Positions 1-12,694 are shown, numbered from the stretch's first letter. The stretch: 64,000 nt of DNA from Squalus acanthias (GCA_030390025.1 JASTWF010000326.1:434001-498000), one strand, 5' to 3'. Numbers and translations: made by a program. Notes: generated by a model not told the origin, from the letters alone.

Positions 1-2
1 TT

Positions 3-3000
3 CCGGCTAAAATCTATCGTGCTTCCTCTCGGGTTTTCTCTCGAAGAAACACACCTAGAGTTTCAGCCACTCTTTGTGCAACGACACCAATTACAGCTGC
101 TTGTCCTCAGAACCTATTCCATGCAGCTACAAAAGCATCAATTAATGGACATACTTTAGATGCCTCAATTGACTCAGGTAGCACTGATAGTTTCATTAGG
201 GAACAGATTGTTGCAGAGTTAAAGCTACATGTTTTCCCATCGGACCAGGCAATTGCGATGGCTCAGTCATCACTTAATACCAGAATTTCTGGCTTTTGTA
301 TGGTTGAAATAACACTTAATGGTCACAGGTATCCCTCCACCCGGCTTTCGGTGCTCAAGGACTTATGTAGTGATCTTATCTTAGGGCTGGATTTTCAAAA
401 GCAGCATAAGAAGCTCACCATTGAGTTCGGCGGATCCAAACCTGAACTCACTATTTCTAATATACGACCTCGATTACCGTTCTGTGCATTGTCAGCAGCT
501 TCACTGGATGAACCCTCACTGTTTACCAGTATCCCTCCTCGATGCAAACCGATTATAACAAAGTCACAACGTTTCAGTCAGGAAGACCAGTCTTTTATTG
601 CGGCTGAGATTTCTCGGCTTTTAGCAGAGGATATCATCGAGCCTTGTTCGTCGCCATGGCGCGCCCAGGTCGTTATTGTTAAGAACCCTCTACAACCTCA
701 CAAGAAACGGCTGTGCATTGACTATTCACAGACCATCAATCAATATACGGACTTGGACGCATACCCATTGCCGCGCATCGATGATATGGTTAATAAACTG
801 GCTGAGTACACGGTGTTCTCAACATATGATCTGAAAAGTGCCTATCATCAGGTACCCTTGAAGGTCTCAGACAAGCAGTATACGGCCTTTGAAGCCAATG
901 GACGGCTGTATCAATTTCGTCGCCTCCCCTTTGGGGTCACTAATGGAGTGGCTGTCTTCCAGCGAGCAATGGATGACCTGGTCAAACAGGAAGACTTGAA
1001 GGATACGTTTCCTTATCTGGACAATATTACTGTTGCAGGTCGCAATCAGCGGGAACATGACGCCAATCTCCAACGATTTTGGGATGCACTCCAGCACAGT
1101 AATTTGACATTAAATGCGGCTAAATCCATTGAGTCACAACCAACCATCAACATCCTTGGCTATTGTGTGGGCAATGGCATCATTAAACCTGACCCTGAAA
1201 GGCTTCGCCCACTCCAAGAGCTCCCGCCACCTAAGAATCCGGCCTCCTTGCGCCGGGCCCTCGGCCTGTTTGCATACTATGCTAAATGGATTCCTAACTT
1301 CTCGGACCGAATCCAACCTCTACTGAAGGCCAGCACATTCCCACTAGACACAGCGGCTGTTGCAGCCTTTAACCTCCTGAAAAAACAGTTGGAGAAAGCG
1401 GCTCTTCACTCCATCGATGAGCGTCTTCCTTTTGTTGTTGAGTGTGATGCCTCGGAGGTGGCGATCTCGGCCACTCTGAATCAGGAAGGTCGTCCGGTGG
1501 CATTTTTGTCCAGGACTTTTCAAGGGGCTGAGCTACATTATCCTCCAGTCGAGAAAGAAGCTACAGCCATCATAGAGGCAGTACGGAAGTGGACTCATCT
1601 CCTAGCTCGCCAGCACTTTACCTTAATCACGGACCAGCGATCGGTCGCCTTCATGCTCGATAATCGAAAACGGACCAAAATTAAAAATAATAAAATCCAG
1701 CTTTGGCGGCTGGAATTGGCCTCTTTTGGTTACACCATCCACTATCGACCTGGCAAGGAGAATGTGGCTCCGGATACCCTCACACGAGCATTCTGCTCCG
1801 CCATGGCACCCTCTACGCTCGTAGACATCTATGATGGGTTGTGTCATCCGGGCGTTACTCGCATGCTACACTTCGTGCGGTCCCGAAATCTCCCATTCTC
1901 TACCGGGGATGTAAAGAAGATGTGCTCGGACTGCAGAGTCTGTGCGGAATTGAAACCTCAGTTTTTCCGCCCCTCGGGTGGTATACTCATACATGCGACC
2001 CAGCCAATGCAACGGCTTAGCATCGATTTTAAGGGGCCGTTGCCCTCTTCAACTCGCAACACTTATCTATTGACCATGGTCGATGAGTATTCCCGTTTTC
2101 CGTTTGCCTTTCCCTGCCCCAATATGCTGACGACCACGGTTATCAGCTGCCTTGAGCAGGTATTTGCTTTCTGTGGCATGGCATCCTATGTTCATTCGGA
2201 TCGGGGCCCTTCTTTTATGTCAGGAGAACTCAAGGCCTATCTCTCGGAACGGGGTATTGCTGCCAGCAGAACGACGCCTTATCATCCGGTCGGGAATGGG
2301 CAAGTCGAGCGTTTTAACGCTATCATCTGGAATGCGGTACGTCTGGCTTTGAGATCTCGGGGCCTACCCAACCAGCAATGGGAAGCAGTACTTCCAGACG
2401 CATTACACTCCACACGGTCCCTCCTTTCGACCGCCACAAATACGACGCCTCATGAACGGTTCTTCCGATTTCAGCGTCGCTCATCCTATGGGATATCTCT
2501 CCCGTCGTGGCTGACTGCACCGGGACCAGTGCTACTCCGAAGATATGTTCGGGCATCTAAGAATGACCCCCTGGTAGATGAGGTTGAGCTCACTGACGTC
2601 AACCCTACCTACGCCTATATTCGGTATCCTGACGGTCGGGAATCTACCGTGTCATTGCGGGATCTGGCTCCCTGCCCGCCGAAACATAGAGGGACACCAG
2701 GGGATGATATTGTACCAGGCACATCTCTGGGCTTGCCAGGTGCCTCTCATCACGATCTGGATCTGACGCCGGCTGGTACCTCACTCCAGCGTGCCGACCT
2801 GGGGCAGACTGACTATGAGCCCGTCGGGGCTCGCACGCGCAGCCACGATCCACCCCGTACCATACGCTCGGAAACGGATCTGCCACAGCCCTGCCCGACA
2901 CCCGTTCGGGCACCAGTACACAGTCAGGATCGTCCTGACCCCTCACAGAGCGGGCTGGATCACTCGGACTCTGGTCCACGGCCCGCGGCGGGTAAACGGG

Positions 3001-3092
3001 CTAGGGGCCCTCTACCGCTACGAGAACCCAAACGGGTGCGGCTCTCCCTCGTCCGACGGCTACGAAATGGAGGGAGCATCCCGGCCTCCTAA
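3..3092 (+). CDS. pol: Ty3/Gypsy LTR retrotransposon Pol polyprotein (protease-RT-RNase H-integrase), 5' end outside window
   Basis: The frame is open from window position 3, upstream of the listed 258 start. Motifs: aspartic protease ASIDSGSTDSFI; RT YDLKSAYHQ, LPFGVTNG, YLDN; RNase H ECDAS...EKEA...TDQ; integrase zinc finger HPG...CSDCRVC and core IDFKGP...VHSDRGPSF...NGQVER. The order is PR-RT-RH-IN. Confidence 0.95.
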   Translation, partial: PAKIYRASSRVFSRRNTPRVSATLCATTPITAACPQNLFHAATKASINGHTLDASIDSGSTDSFIREQIVAELKLHVFPSDQAIAMAQSSLNTRISGFCMVEITLNGHRYPSTRLSVLKDLCSDLILGLDFQKQHKKLTIEFGGSKPELTISNIRPRLPFCALSAASLDEPSLFTSIPPRCKPIITKSQRFSQEDQSFIAAEISRLLAEDIIEPCSSPWRAQVVIVKNPLQPHKKRLCIDYSQTINQYTDLDAYPLPRIDDMVNKLAEYTVFSTYDLKSAYHQVPLKVSDKQYTAFEANGRLYQFRRLPFGVTNGVAVFQRAMDDLVKQEDLKDTFPYLDNITVAGRNQREHDANLQRFWDALQHSNLTLNAAKSIESQPTINILGYCVGNGIIKPDPERLRPLQELPPPKNPASLRRALGLFAYYAKWIPNFSDRIQPLLKASTFPLDTAAVAAFNLLKKQLEKAALHSIDERLPFVVECDASEVAISATLNQEGRPVAFLSRTFQGAELHYPPVEKEATAIIEAVRKWTHLLARQHFTLITDQRSVAFMLDNRKRTKIKNNKIQLWRLELASFGYTIHYRPGKENVAPDTLTRAFCSAMAPSTLVDIYDGLCHPGVTRMLHFVRSRNLPFSTGDVKKMCSDCRVCAELKPQFFRPSGGILIHATQPMQRLSIDFKGPLPSSTRNTYLLTMVDEYSRFPFAFPCPNMLTTTVISCLEQVFAFCGMASYVHSDRGPSFMSGELKAYLSERGIAASRTTPYHPVGNGQVERFNAIIWNAVRLALRSRGLPNQQWEAVLPDALHSTRSLLSTATNTTPHERFFRFQRRSSYGISLPSWLTAPGPVLLRRYVRASKNDPLVDEVELTDVNPTYAYIRYPDGRESTVSLRDLAPCPPKHRGTPGDDIVPGTSLGLPGASHHDLDLTPAGTSLQRADLGQTDYEPVGARTRSHDPPRTIRSETDLPQPCPTPVRAPVHSQDRPDPSQSGLDHSDSGPRPAAGKRARGPLPLREPKRVRLSLVRRLRNGGSIPAS

Positions 3093-3098
3093 TCTTTT

Positions 3099-3313
3099 GG
3101 GGGGGGAGAATGTGGTAACACAATACAGCTTCCTGTGACTCGAATTTTATTGCATCACTTCCTGTGATTAGTCCAGGATAAATACTGGACTGAGCAGTTG
3201 GATCCTGGAGAGGCATAGAGTAAGACCTCTTTTGTATGTAGCACCTTTTTAGTTGATTAGAGCTTACTTTAAGTTCACCATGCGTAAGGCTCATTCTTAC
3301 GACAGTAACCACA
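3099..3313 (+). mobile_element. Polypurine tract (3099-3110) and 3' LTR (3111-3313, 203 bp) of the Gypsy element
   Basis: GGGGGGGGAGAA is followed directly by TGTGGTAAC. The LTR ends GTAACCACA, giving an 8/9 terminal inverted repeat with TG...CA ends. Confidence 0.85.
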
Positions 3314-3669
3314 TTCAAAAATAACTGACTGTCATACATATGACTGAACAAATCACACAGTTTGTGTTTGTTCAAATTACTGTGAATCCTCCCTTAAGCT
3401 TTACTAATAACTGAATGAACCTTGCAGCATCCATAGCAAGCTAAGCTAGGTACCAGATTCTGGCTGTATCTGGTTCTTATGCATTATGACCAGATGCAAA
3501 GGGACAACCTCCAAACCAAAACTAGACAAACAAAAATCCCTTCTGCGTAAGAAATCATAAATTCCATTGTTATTGAGTTCAGACTGATGTATCAGGATTG
3601 GTGTCATCTCTGCGATAAAGAAGCAGTAAATACTTGCCCAAGTCACTCTCTTCTAAGGTTAATTATTGT

Positions 3670-5775
3670 CATAGTATGGAACATAGGAGTAGGCCATTCA
3701 GCCCCTCAAGCTTGTTCTGCCACCATTCAATTAGTTCATGGTTGATCTGTATCTCAACTACATTTACCTGCCTTTGCTCGATATCCCTTAATATCCCTAA
3801 CTAACAAAAATCTGTCGATTTCAGTCTTGAAAATTTAAATTGACCCAGCATTCACAGCCTTTTGTGGGAGAGAGTTCCAGATTTCCCCTACCCTTTGGGT
3901 GAAAAATGTTTCCTGATTTCGCTCCTAAATAGCCTAGCTCTAATTTTAAGATTATGCCCCCTTATTCTAGATTCCCTCACCAAAGGAAATAGTTTCTCCA
4001 TATCTACCCTATCAAATCCCTTTTTCAATTTAAAGACTTTTGAATAGATCTAATGTTCTAAACTCAAGGAATACAAGCCACATTTATGCAACCTGCCCTC
4101 ATAATTTAACCCTTTAAGCTCTGGTATCATCCTGGTGAATCTGCACCAACATAACTTTCCTGACGTTCGATGCCCAAAACTGAATGCAGTACTCCAGATG
4201 GAGTCTGATCAAGGTTCTGTACAACTGAAGCATCACTTCTTCACTTTGTATTCCAGCCCTCTTGAGATAAAGGCCAACATTCCATTGTGAAGGAATAGCC
4301 AGATTCAGAAAAATACACGAAACTAAGAACAGATTTCTGAAATTATTAATAAATGACATAAGCCTTAGCAGACACAGGCTGCAGGCACAATACAGGCTTC
4401 TGAGATAAAGATCAGTTATTCACAAGTTGTAAAACACCACAGGCTTTGAAATGGGAATGGGTTATTGACCAAGAAACAAGCCCTATTGATAAAGCAAAGG
4501 TTTGCTTCCAGAGCGTCTGGACATTGGAGTCAAAACAATGGAATGACCCAAGTAAAGTGTTATAATCTAACACGTCGAACAGGTGCACAAAACATTAAAA
4601 AAAACAAGTGCCTTTGAAAAAATGACATCAAGTAAGAAATACCTGTCGTAAAATAGTTTTATGTTAAACTTAAAGACAGGAAACACGATTAAATATGCAA
4701 CCAATTGAGATAGCTAGAAAACAAGTAAACACTGAGTTAAAGTGTTTTCAATTTACATATTGTAAATATGATACCTACAAAATGACTTTGAAAATATTAC
4801 TTCAATGGATACACCAAGCAATTACATTGTTCTTGTATTGAACTTGGAATACCACGGAGTCACAACCACTGATAAAGACCAGTTAAAGTAGTATTAGAAA
4901 TTCAATAGAAAGACTTCCTAAGAATTGCATCAAACAGAAACCATTGCTGTCATTGTGTTTATGATGGTTTTGGAAACACCTAAACAGGACACAAGTCTAA
5001 AAGCATTCAACAGAGATATCAATAAAGAATAGAACAAAGTCAGCAAAGAATGACTTGATACAATTAAGCTTACATCAGTATGAATACTTCAAAGGATAAA
5101 CCACCTAAAAAAAGATATAAAAATAGATCTTTTCAAACAGAAAGTCAGAAGTCACTGGGAAGACAAGCGTTTCTCAACTTTACAGACATTCTCAGTAAGT
5201 TTACAACTTTTGAATCTCGGGTAATCAAGGTATTTGATTCTGGTGGATATTCTGGATTAAGAAATAAGTAGAAGTGTGGAAATGTAATGAAGTTAAGATT
5301 TGAGAATAAGGATCTCTGATAAGAAATAGAAGCTATTTGTATTTTGAACGATTAAAGTTGCGATTGCCATAATAAATGTTATCTAAATGTCGGTTCGTTA
5401 ATAAATCTATATATTGTTAGAATTGTCTCAAAGAGTATTCTGTATCATCTTGCAAACTCAAATTCTGTACACTCAAAGGAGTTGCAGAATTCTGGGGGGT
5501 ATTCCAGACCCTTATAATATTCGGAAGGTTACAGTCTAGTTAAACTTATTAAAAGTACTATCTGGAGGACGGTAACATCTTTAGACCGTTTCTTTCCTTT
5601 AGGGAGAAGTAGTCTGACCTTTAGACCCAATTAAGCATCTTATAGGATCCGGCTACCGCAAACTTTAGTTGAAGGTAAACGTCTGAGGAATATGCCTGAT
5701 CTGGGGTAGTCCGAAAGGGCTAGGACTTGTAATTATCCCTTCACCATTAGCATTTTTGATTACTCTGTTAACCTC
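3670..5775 (-). mobile_element. 5'-truncated CR1 LINE 3' fragment, split by the solo LTR at 4286-5743
   Basis: CR1 3' end (aggagtaggccattcagccc) and ORF2 C-terminal peptide LQLYRTLIRLHLEYCIQFW. The sequence gccaacattccat|tagcatttttgat rejoins across the insertion. Confidence 0.85.
4286..5743 (+). mobile_element. Long solo LTR (1458 bp), ERV-like
   Basis: TGTGAAGG...CCTTCA termini with 4-bp TSD CCAT (4282-4285 and 5744-5747), inside a CR1 that rejoins exactly. TATA-like GATATAAAAA at ~5115, AATAAA at ~5371 and ~5400, no long ORF. Confidence 0.8.
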
Positions 5776-5902
5776 CAGAAGCTGTTCTATTTAATTTCTT
5801 AAGTAGAGAAACATAGAAACATAGAAGATAGGAGCAGGAGTAGGCCATTCGGCCCCTCGAGCCTGCCCTGCCATTAATGCGATCATGGCTGATCATCCAA
5901 AT

Positions 5903-8756
5903 TCAGTACCCTGTCCCTGCTTTCTCCCCATATCCCTTGATCCCCTTAGCCTTAAGAAATATATCTAACTCCTTCTTGAATATATTTAATGAATTGGCCT
6001 CAACTGCCTTCTGTGGTAGAGAATTCCACAGGTTCACCACTCTCTGGGTGAAGAAATTCCTCCTCATCTCAGTCCAAAATGGCTTACCCCTTATCCTTAG
6101 ACTGTGATCCCTGATTCTGGACTCCCCGCCATCGGGAACAGCCTTCCTGCATCTAGTCTGTCTAGTCCTGTTAGAATTTTATAAGTTTCAATGAGATCCC
6201 CTCTCATTCTTCTAAACTCTAGCGAATATAAGCCTAATCGACCCAATCTCTCTTCATACGTCAATCCTGCCATCCCAGGTATCAGTCTGGTGAATCTTCG
6301 CTGCACTCCCTCCATGGCAAGAACATCCTTCTTCAGATAAGGTGGCCAAAACTGCACACAATACTCAAGGTTTGGTCTCACCAAGGCCCTGTACAACTGC
6401 AGCAAGACATCCTTGCTCCTGTACTCGAATCCTCTCGCTATGAAGGTCAACATACCATTTGCCTTATTAACCGCCTGCTGCACCTGCATGCTTACCTTCA
6501 ACGACTGGTGCACATGGACACCCAGGTCTCGTTGCACTTCCCCTTTTCCCAATCTATTGCCGTTCAGATAATAATCTGTCTTCCTGTTTTTGCCACCAAA
6601 GTGGATAACCTCGCATTTATCCACATTATACTGCATCTGCCATGCACCTGCCCAATCACCCAACCTGTCCAAATCATACTGAAGATTCTCTGCATCCTCC
6701 TCACAGCACACACGCCCACCCAATTTTGTGTCATCTGCAAACTTGGAGATATTACATCTAGTTCCCTTGTCTAGATCATTAATATATATTGTGAATAGCT
6801 GGGGTCCTAGCACCGATCCCTGCGGTACCCCACTAGTCACTGCCTGCCACTCGGAAAAAGACCCGTTTATTCCAACTCTTTGCTTCCTGTCTGCCAACCA
6901 GTTTTCTATCCAAGTCAGTACCTTACCCCAATCCCATGTGCTTTAACTTTGCACGCTAATCTCTTATGCGGGACCTTATCGAAAGCCTTCCGAAAGTCCA
7001 AATACACCACATCCACTGGTTCTCCCTTATCTATTCTACCAGTTACATCCTCAAAAATTCCAGTAGATTAGTCAAGCATGATTTACCTTTTGTAAATCCA
7101 TGTTGACTTTGTCCGATCCTGTCACTGTTTTCCAAGTGCTCTGCTATTACATCTTTTATAGTGGACTCTAGCATTTTCCCCACTACCGATGTCAGGCTTA
7201 TAATTCCCCATTTTCTCTCTCCCAACTTTTTTAAATAGTGGGGTTACATTAGGTACCCACCAATCCATGGGAACTATTCCAGAGTCTATAGAATTTTGGA
7301 AGATGACCAGCAATGCATCTACTATTTCTAGGGCCACTTCCTTAAGTACCCTAGGATGTAGATTATCAGGCTCTGGGGATTTATCAGCCTTCAATCCCGT
7401 CAATTTCCCCAACACCATTTCCCTACAAATACTGATTTCATTCAGGTCCTCCCTCTCATTAGACCCTATGTTCCCCGACATCTTTGAGAGTTTATTTGTG
7501 TCCTCCTTTGTGAAGACAGAACCAAAGTATGTATTTAATTGGTTTGCCATTTCTTTGTTCCACATTATAAATTCCCCTGATTCTGACTGCAAGGGACCTA
7601 CGCTTGACTTCACCAATCTTTTTCTCTTCACATATCTATAGAAGCTTTTACAGTCAGTTTTTATGTTCCCTGCAATCTTACTCTCATACTCTATTTTCCC
7701 CCTTTTAATTAATCCCTTTGTCCTCCTTTGCTGAATCCTAAACTGCTCCCAATCCTCAGGTTTGCTGCTTTTTCTGGCCAATTTATATGTCCTCTCCTTG
7801 GATCTTATGCTATCCCTAATTTCTCTTGTTAGCCACGGTTGAGTCACCTTTTTTGTTTTATTTTTATGCCAAACCGGGATGAACAAATTCTGTAGTTCAT
7901 CCATGCGATCTTTAAATGTTTGCCATTGCCTATCCACCGTCAACTCTTTAAGTAACATTCCCCAATCCATCCTAGCCAACTTGCTCCTCATACCATCGTA
8001 GTTTCCTTTATTTAAATTCAGTACCCTACTCTGTGAGTCAACTAATACTTCACTCTCCATCTTAATGAAGAATTCTATCATATTATGATCGCTCCTCCCC
8101 AAGGAGCCTCGCACAATAAGATTGCTAATTAATCCTTTCTCATTACATAATACCCAGTCTAAGATGGCCTGATCTGTAGTTGGTTCCTCGACATATTGGT
8201 CCAGGAAACCATCCCGTATACACTCTAGGAATTCCTCTTCCACAGTATTGTTACTAATTTGGTTAGCCCAATCTATATTTCGATTAAAGTCACCCATGAT
8301 AACTGCTGTGCCCTTCTTGCACGCATCTCTCATTTCCCGTTTAATGCCATCTCCAACCTCAGCATTACTGTTTGGGGGTCTGTATACAACTCCCACTAAC
8401 GTTTTCTGCCCCTTGGTATTTCTCAGCTCTACCAATACAGATTCCACATCATCAGAGCTAATATCCTTCCTTACTATTGTGTTAATCTCCTCTTTAACCA
8501 GCAATGCTACCCCACCTCCTTTTCCTTTTTGCCTGTCCTTCCTGAATATTGAATACCCCTGGATGTTGAATTCCCAGCCTTAGTCTTCCTGGAGCCATGT
8601 CTCCGTAATCCCAATTATATCATATCCGTTTACATCTATTTGCGCAGCTAATTCATCCACCTTATTACGAATGCTCCTCGCATTAAGAGACAAAGCCTTC
8701 AGGCTTGTTTTTTTAACACTCTTAGACCTTTTAGAATTATTGTTTACTGTGGCCAT
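5903..8756 (-). pseudogene. CR1 ORF2 (endonuclease/reverse transcriptase), disrupted
   Basis: ORF fragments 7122-8504, 7043-7225 and 6097-6897 lie in different frames. Confidence 0.9.
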
Positions 8757-8878
8757 GTTTGATTTACACCCTTGATTTCTGTGACTTCCACTTTTGCTTT
8801 TCTCCTTCCTGTCTTTTGCTTCTATCCTTGCTTCCCTTTCCTCTGTCTCCCTGCACAGGTTCCCAACCCCCTGCCATT

Positions 8879-9756
8879 TTAGTTTAAACCCTCCCCAGCA
8901 CTAGCAAACACTCCCCCTAGGACATCGGTCCTGGTCCTGCCCAGGTGCAAACCGTCCAGTTTGTACTGGTCCCACCTCCCCCAGAACCGGTTCCAATATC
9001 CCAGGAATTTGAATCCCTTCCCCTTGCACCATTCTTCTAGCCATGTATTCATCTGACATATCTTTCTATTTCTACTCTGACTAGTGCGTGGTACTGGTAG
9101 CAATCCTGAGATTACTACCTTTGAGGTCCTATTTTTTAATTTACCTCCTAACTCCCTATATTCAGCTTTTAGGACCTCATCCCGTTTTTTACCTATATCG
9201 TTGGTACCTATATGCACCAGAACAACTGGCTGTTCATCCTCCCCCTCCAGAATGCCCTGCAGCCGCTCCGAGACATCCTTGACCCTTACACCAGGGAGGC
9301 AACATACCATCCTGGAGTCTCATTTGCGGCTGCAGAAACGCCTATCTATTCCCCTTACAATAGAATCCCCTATCACTGTAGCTCTCCCGCTCTTTTTCCT
9401 CCCGTCCTGTGCAGCAGAACCACCCATGGGGCCAGGAAGTTGGGTTGCTGCTGCCTTCCCCCGATAAGCCATCCTACTCAACAATATCCAAAGCGGTATA
9501 TCTGTTTGTGAGGGGGATGGCCACAGGGGACCCCTGCACTACCTGCCTGCGCCTACTACTCTGCCTGGCGGTCACCCATTCCCTTCCTGCCTGTGCAGCC
9601 TTTACCTGCGGTGTGACCAACTCATTAAATGTGATATCCACGACGTCCTCAGCATCGCGAATGCTCCAGTATGTATCCATTCGCAGCTCCAGCGCCGCAA
9701 TGTGGTCTGCCAGTAGCTGCAGCTGGATACACTTCCCGCACACATGGTCGTCAGAG
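8879..9756 (-). pseudogene. CR1 ORF1 (Cys motif/leucine zipper plus SGNH/GDSL esterase-like domain), 5' truncated
   Basis: HVCGKCIQLQLL...LELRMD, VHIGTNDI and DGLHL motifs are typical of vertebrate CR1 ORF1. Confidence 0.85.
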
Positions 9757-9989
9757 AATGAACATAACTGAGTTAAAATTCTGTTGTTGGGACTGGAGAA
9801 GGCCTGTAACAAGGTAGAGTGAAAGTCCCTACTTTTTGCACAGGAAATGTTTGGCACAGCTTAGGTTCTTCAGACTGATGCAGTGGTTGCACTTGGCTTA
9901 CAAAGCTGCTGTCACACGAAACAGTCTCCTCTCATTCACTTCAATACTTTGGCAGGGCACCAGATAGTCCATCCATTGTTTCTATTTTA

Positions 9990-12694
9990 ATTTGCTTTTT
10001 CAGAACTTCCACCTGGCCAGGCAGTGTTGGAAGAGCAACAGGTGGGATAGTAACAAAACACTGATGATGAAGAAACACCGTCACTCGATTTCACCCGCTC
10101 GCCGGAGGGTGAGGTCGCACATGGGTTCTGCTGCAGAGGACTCAGATGAGCATTTCGAAGACTATAGAAGAAGGCTGATGGGTATGCACAATGAAATGTT
10201 TGGTGCATTGGCAGGCCTGCCAGAAAGCCAGCGTGCAATGTCAAGGAACATGGAGGAGTCCAGCACCAACTTGGCACAGGGCTTTGTGCAGAACTTGGAG
10301 CCCAACGTTTGCAGCATAGAAATGGGACCAACTCCATTAGCACACTTGCGCATCCAACCATGATGCAGCGTCTGATGGTCGATGTCTCAACTTCCATTGC
10401 AGAACAAGCAGCAGCCACCCATTGTCTGGGTGCTGCAGTGGAAGCTCAGACTGCTGTCATGCAAGCTCAGCTTGCTGCCACGTAACCTCAAACTGCTTCC
10501 ATCATGGCTTGCAGATTCCAGATTACTAGGATTATTGATGCGACGCCCCGGGGGAGTGGCAGAGGTTCCGTAGAGCATGAACCTGCTGTCCTCTCTCAGA
10601 ATGACAGCATTTGTCCTCCCACCACTGCCACTCCACCAGTGCCCTTGCTGTTGTTTGTCAGCCAGCCAGCCCAGACTGCTGCCGCCCATGACCGTGACAA
10701 GATGGTGCAGTCCGAAGCCGGGCCTTCTAAGCTCAGAGCTACTTGAGGTTGTCTTCCAAGGCCATCTGCAGTCTCCCCCACTGAAAATCAGCAGCCTTCT
10801 ACCAGCTATGCTGCAGCCACTGGGGTAGCACTGTGTAGGAGCACTGGGACAGACAAAGGCACACAGAAGACAGACACTAAGGGAACACACAAGGGTGGTT
10901 AGTTTATGTCTCTATGCAATATGGCATGCTTTGATTTATAAATTTGGTTGAGAATGTTTATTTTATGTTGACTTTAATTTTGTATTGTGACCAAGTGAAT
11001 GCTGTGATGATCAGTGACAGAGGGAAGGTAAGGTAAGGGACTGTTGGTGAATGGGGAATTGGTGTTGCGTTTACTGGTATCGCAGTCGGATGAGTTGTTC
11101 ATGGACAGCCTGGCCAGAAAGGGGCTGTCTAGGTTGCCTCCTCCCTTCCTCTTCCTCCTCCTCCTCAACCTCCTCATCCTGCTCCTCAGCTGCTCGCTGT
11201 ACAGCTGGTGGCAAGGGCTGTGCCCTCATGCTGTCCAGGTTGTGCAGCATGCAGCAGACAACACGAATCTTGACACCCGCTCTGCAGAGTACTGCAGGGC
11301 TCCTCCAGAGCGGTCCAAGCAGCGGAAGCATTATTTCAGCAGGCCAATGGTCTGCTCTATCACATTTCGTGTGGCAGCAAGGCTTTCATTGTATGCAAAT
11401 GGCTCACGTATGCGTGGGCTGCACACTGGAGTCATGAGCCATGTCGTCAGTGGATAGCCCTTGTCGCCCAGTAGCCACCCTTTGGTTTGTCATGGTGGCT
11501 CAGATGCAGGTGGCATAGTGAACTGCTGCAGAATGAAGGCATCATGACTGCTGCCAGGATACCGGGCGTTGACCTGCATGATTCACTGCCTATGGTCACA
11601 CACCAGCTGCTCATTGAGGGAGTGTAATCCCTTTCAGAGTTGACATGTGGTGCCTGCAAAGCGATGTGCATGCAGTCAATGGCACCCTCCACCATGGGGA
11701 AGCCTGCAATCCTCACGAAGCCACATGCTCACTCCGCCTGCATCTCTCTGGCAAGAGAGAATGAAATGTAGTCAGCTCTCTTGGAATAGAGAGCCTCAGT
11801 GACTTCCCTTATGCAACAGTGGATGGCAAACTACGAGATGTTGCAAATATCTCCAGCTCCAGCCTAGAAGGAGCCCGACGCATAAAAGTTCATGGCCACA
11901 GTCATCTTCACAGCCTCTGGCAGTACAGTCCTCGCCCTGCCCTAAGGTTGCAGTTGTGGCTGCAGCAGGTGACAGATTTCATTGAGTACATCCTTACTGA
12001 AGCGCCGATGTCTCACACACTGTTCTTCGCTGAGATTCAGGTTGGAGTATTGCTACCTGAACACCCTGGGGGGCTATGGTTTCCTGCTGAGAGCACCTTT
12101 CCCCCTCCTCCTCCTCCCTCTTCTCGCAGCTTGCCCAGCTCTGCATCGCCTCTGCTCATTCTCCCAGTTATGCTGTATTCAAGGGGAATGCCTACTGCTG
12201 CACTAAAGTCTGGGAGCAAGTGGTTTGTGCAGAAGCCTTGAAGTGAGGACAAAGTCCTTCAGCACCTGTAGACTTTAGCAACTTTAAAGAACTCTAGAAA
12301 GCACCAAACACTTGTACAATTATAGCAATAGCCCTTAGAAATCAAACAGCAACTAAACTGAAAGTCGTTGATGATCACTTATCCAGCGCTAGTGAGGGGT
12401 CCTTCCTGCTGCTGAATGTGTGTTCAGCTGTGCGAGGTTAAGAGAGGGCGTTAGCTGGAGCGTTGAGCTCTAAAATGGCAGTGCTGGCATCAAATCAGCT
12501 GATTAACATCATGATCTGCCTACTCTGCATACATCCGGCAGATGCTCACTGCGCGTGGGCTAATGCCCTCACCAATATAGCGTCCAGCCCGGGTCGCACC
12601 AGAAGAGTATGTGCACGCCACGGGTGCCATTTTGGACCTCTAAAGGCACTCGTAGCGCCAAAGTATGGGTGCTACGGATATGAATTTTGCGCCC
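9990..12694. mobile_element. PIF/Harbinger transposon A, decayed and truncated on the left
   Basis: Exon 3 of the Myb-type gene is on + (acceptor tttcag ~10003, ending ~10900). The transposase is on -. A TIR-like end AATTTTGCGCCC lies at ~12694. Confidence 0.85.
11071..12205 (-). pseudogene. Harbinger DDE transposase (HARBI1-like), copy A
   Basis: AGFPMVEGAIDCMH, LGDKGY (gatagcccttgtcgcc) and VCCMLHN motifs plus an acidic C-terminal run; many frameshifts. Confidence 0.88.

Larger units (their letters stand above)
5804..9756 (-). mobile_element. Near full-length CR1 LINE (HER1-like), frameshifted
   Basis: (TTTCTATG)n tail. ORF2 pieces carry APE endonuclease (VIMGDFN, SDHNMI) and RT (GVPQGSVLGP, FADDTK). 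ORF1 lies upstream. Confidence 0.95.

Noticed and set aside
7267..9771. Plus-strand ORFs of 60-130 aa over the CR1 (and similar ones over other LINEs and Harbingers)
   Set aside because: Antisense shadows of TE coding sequence.
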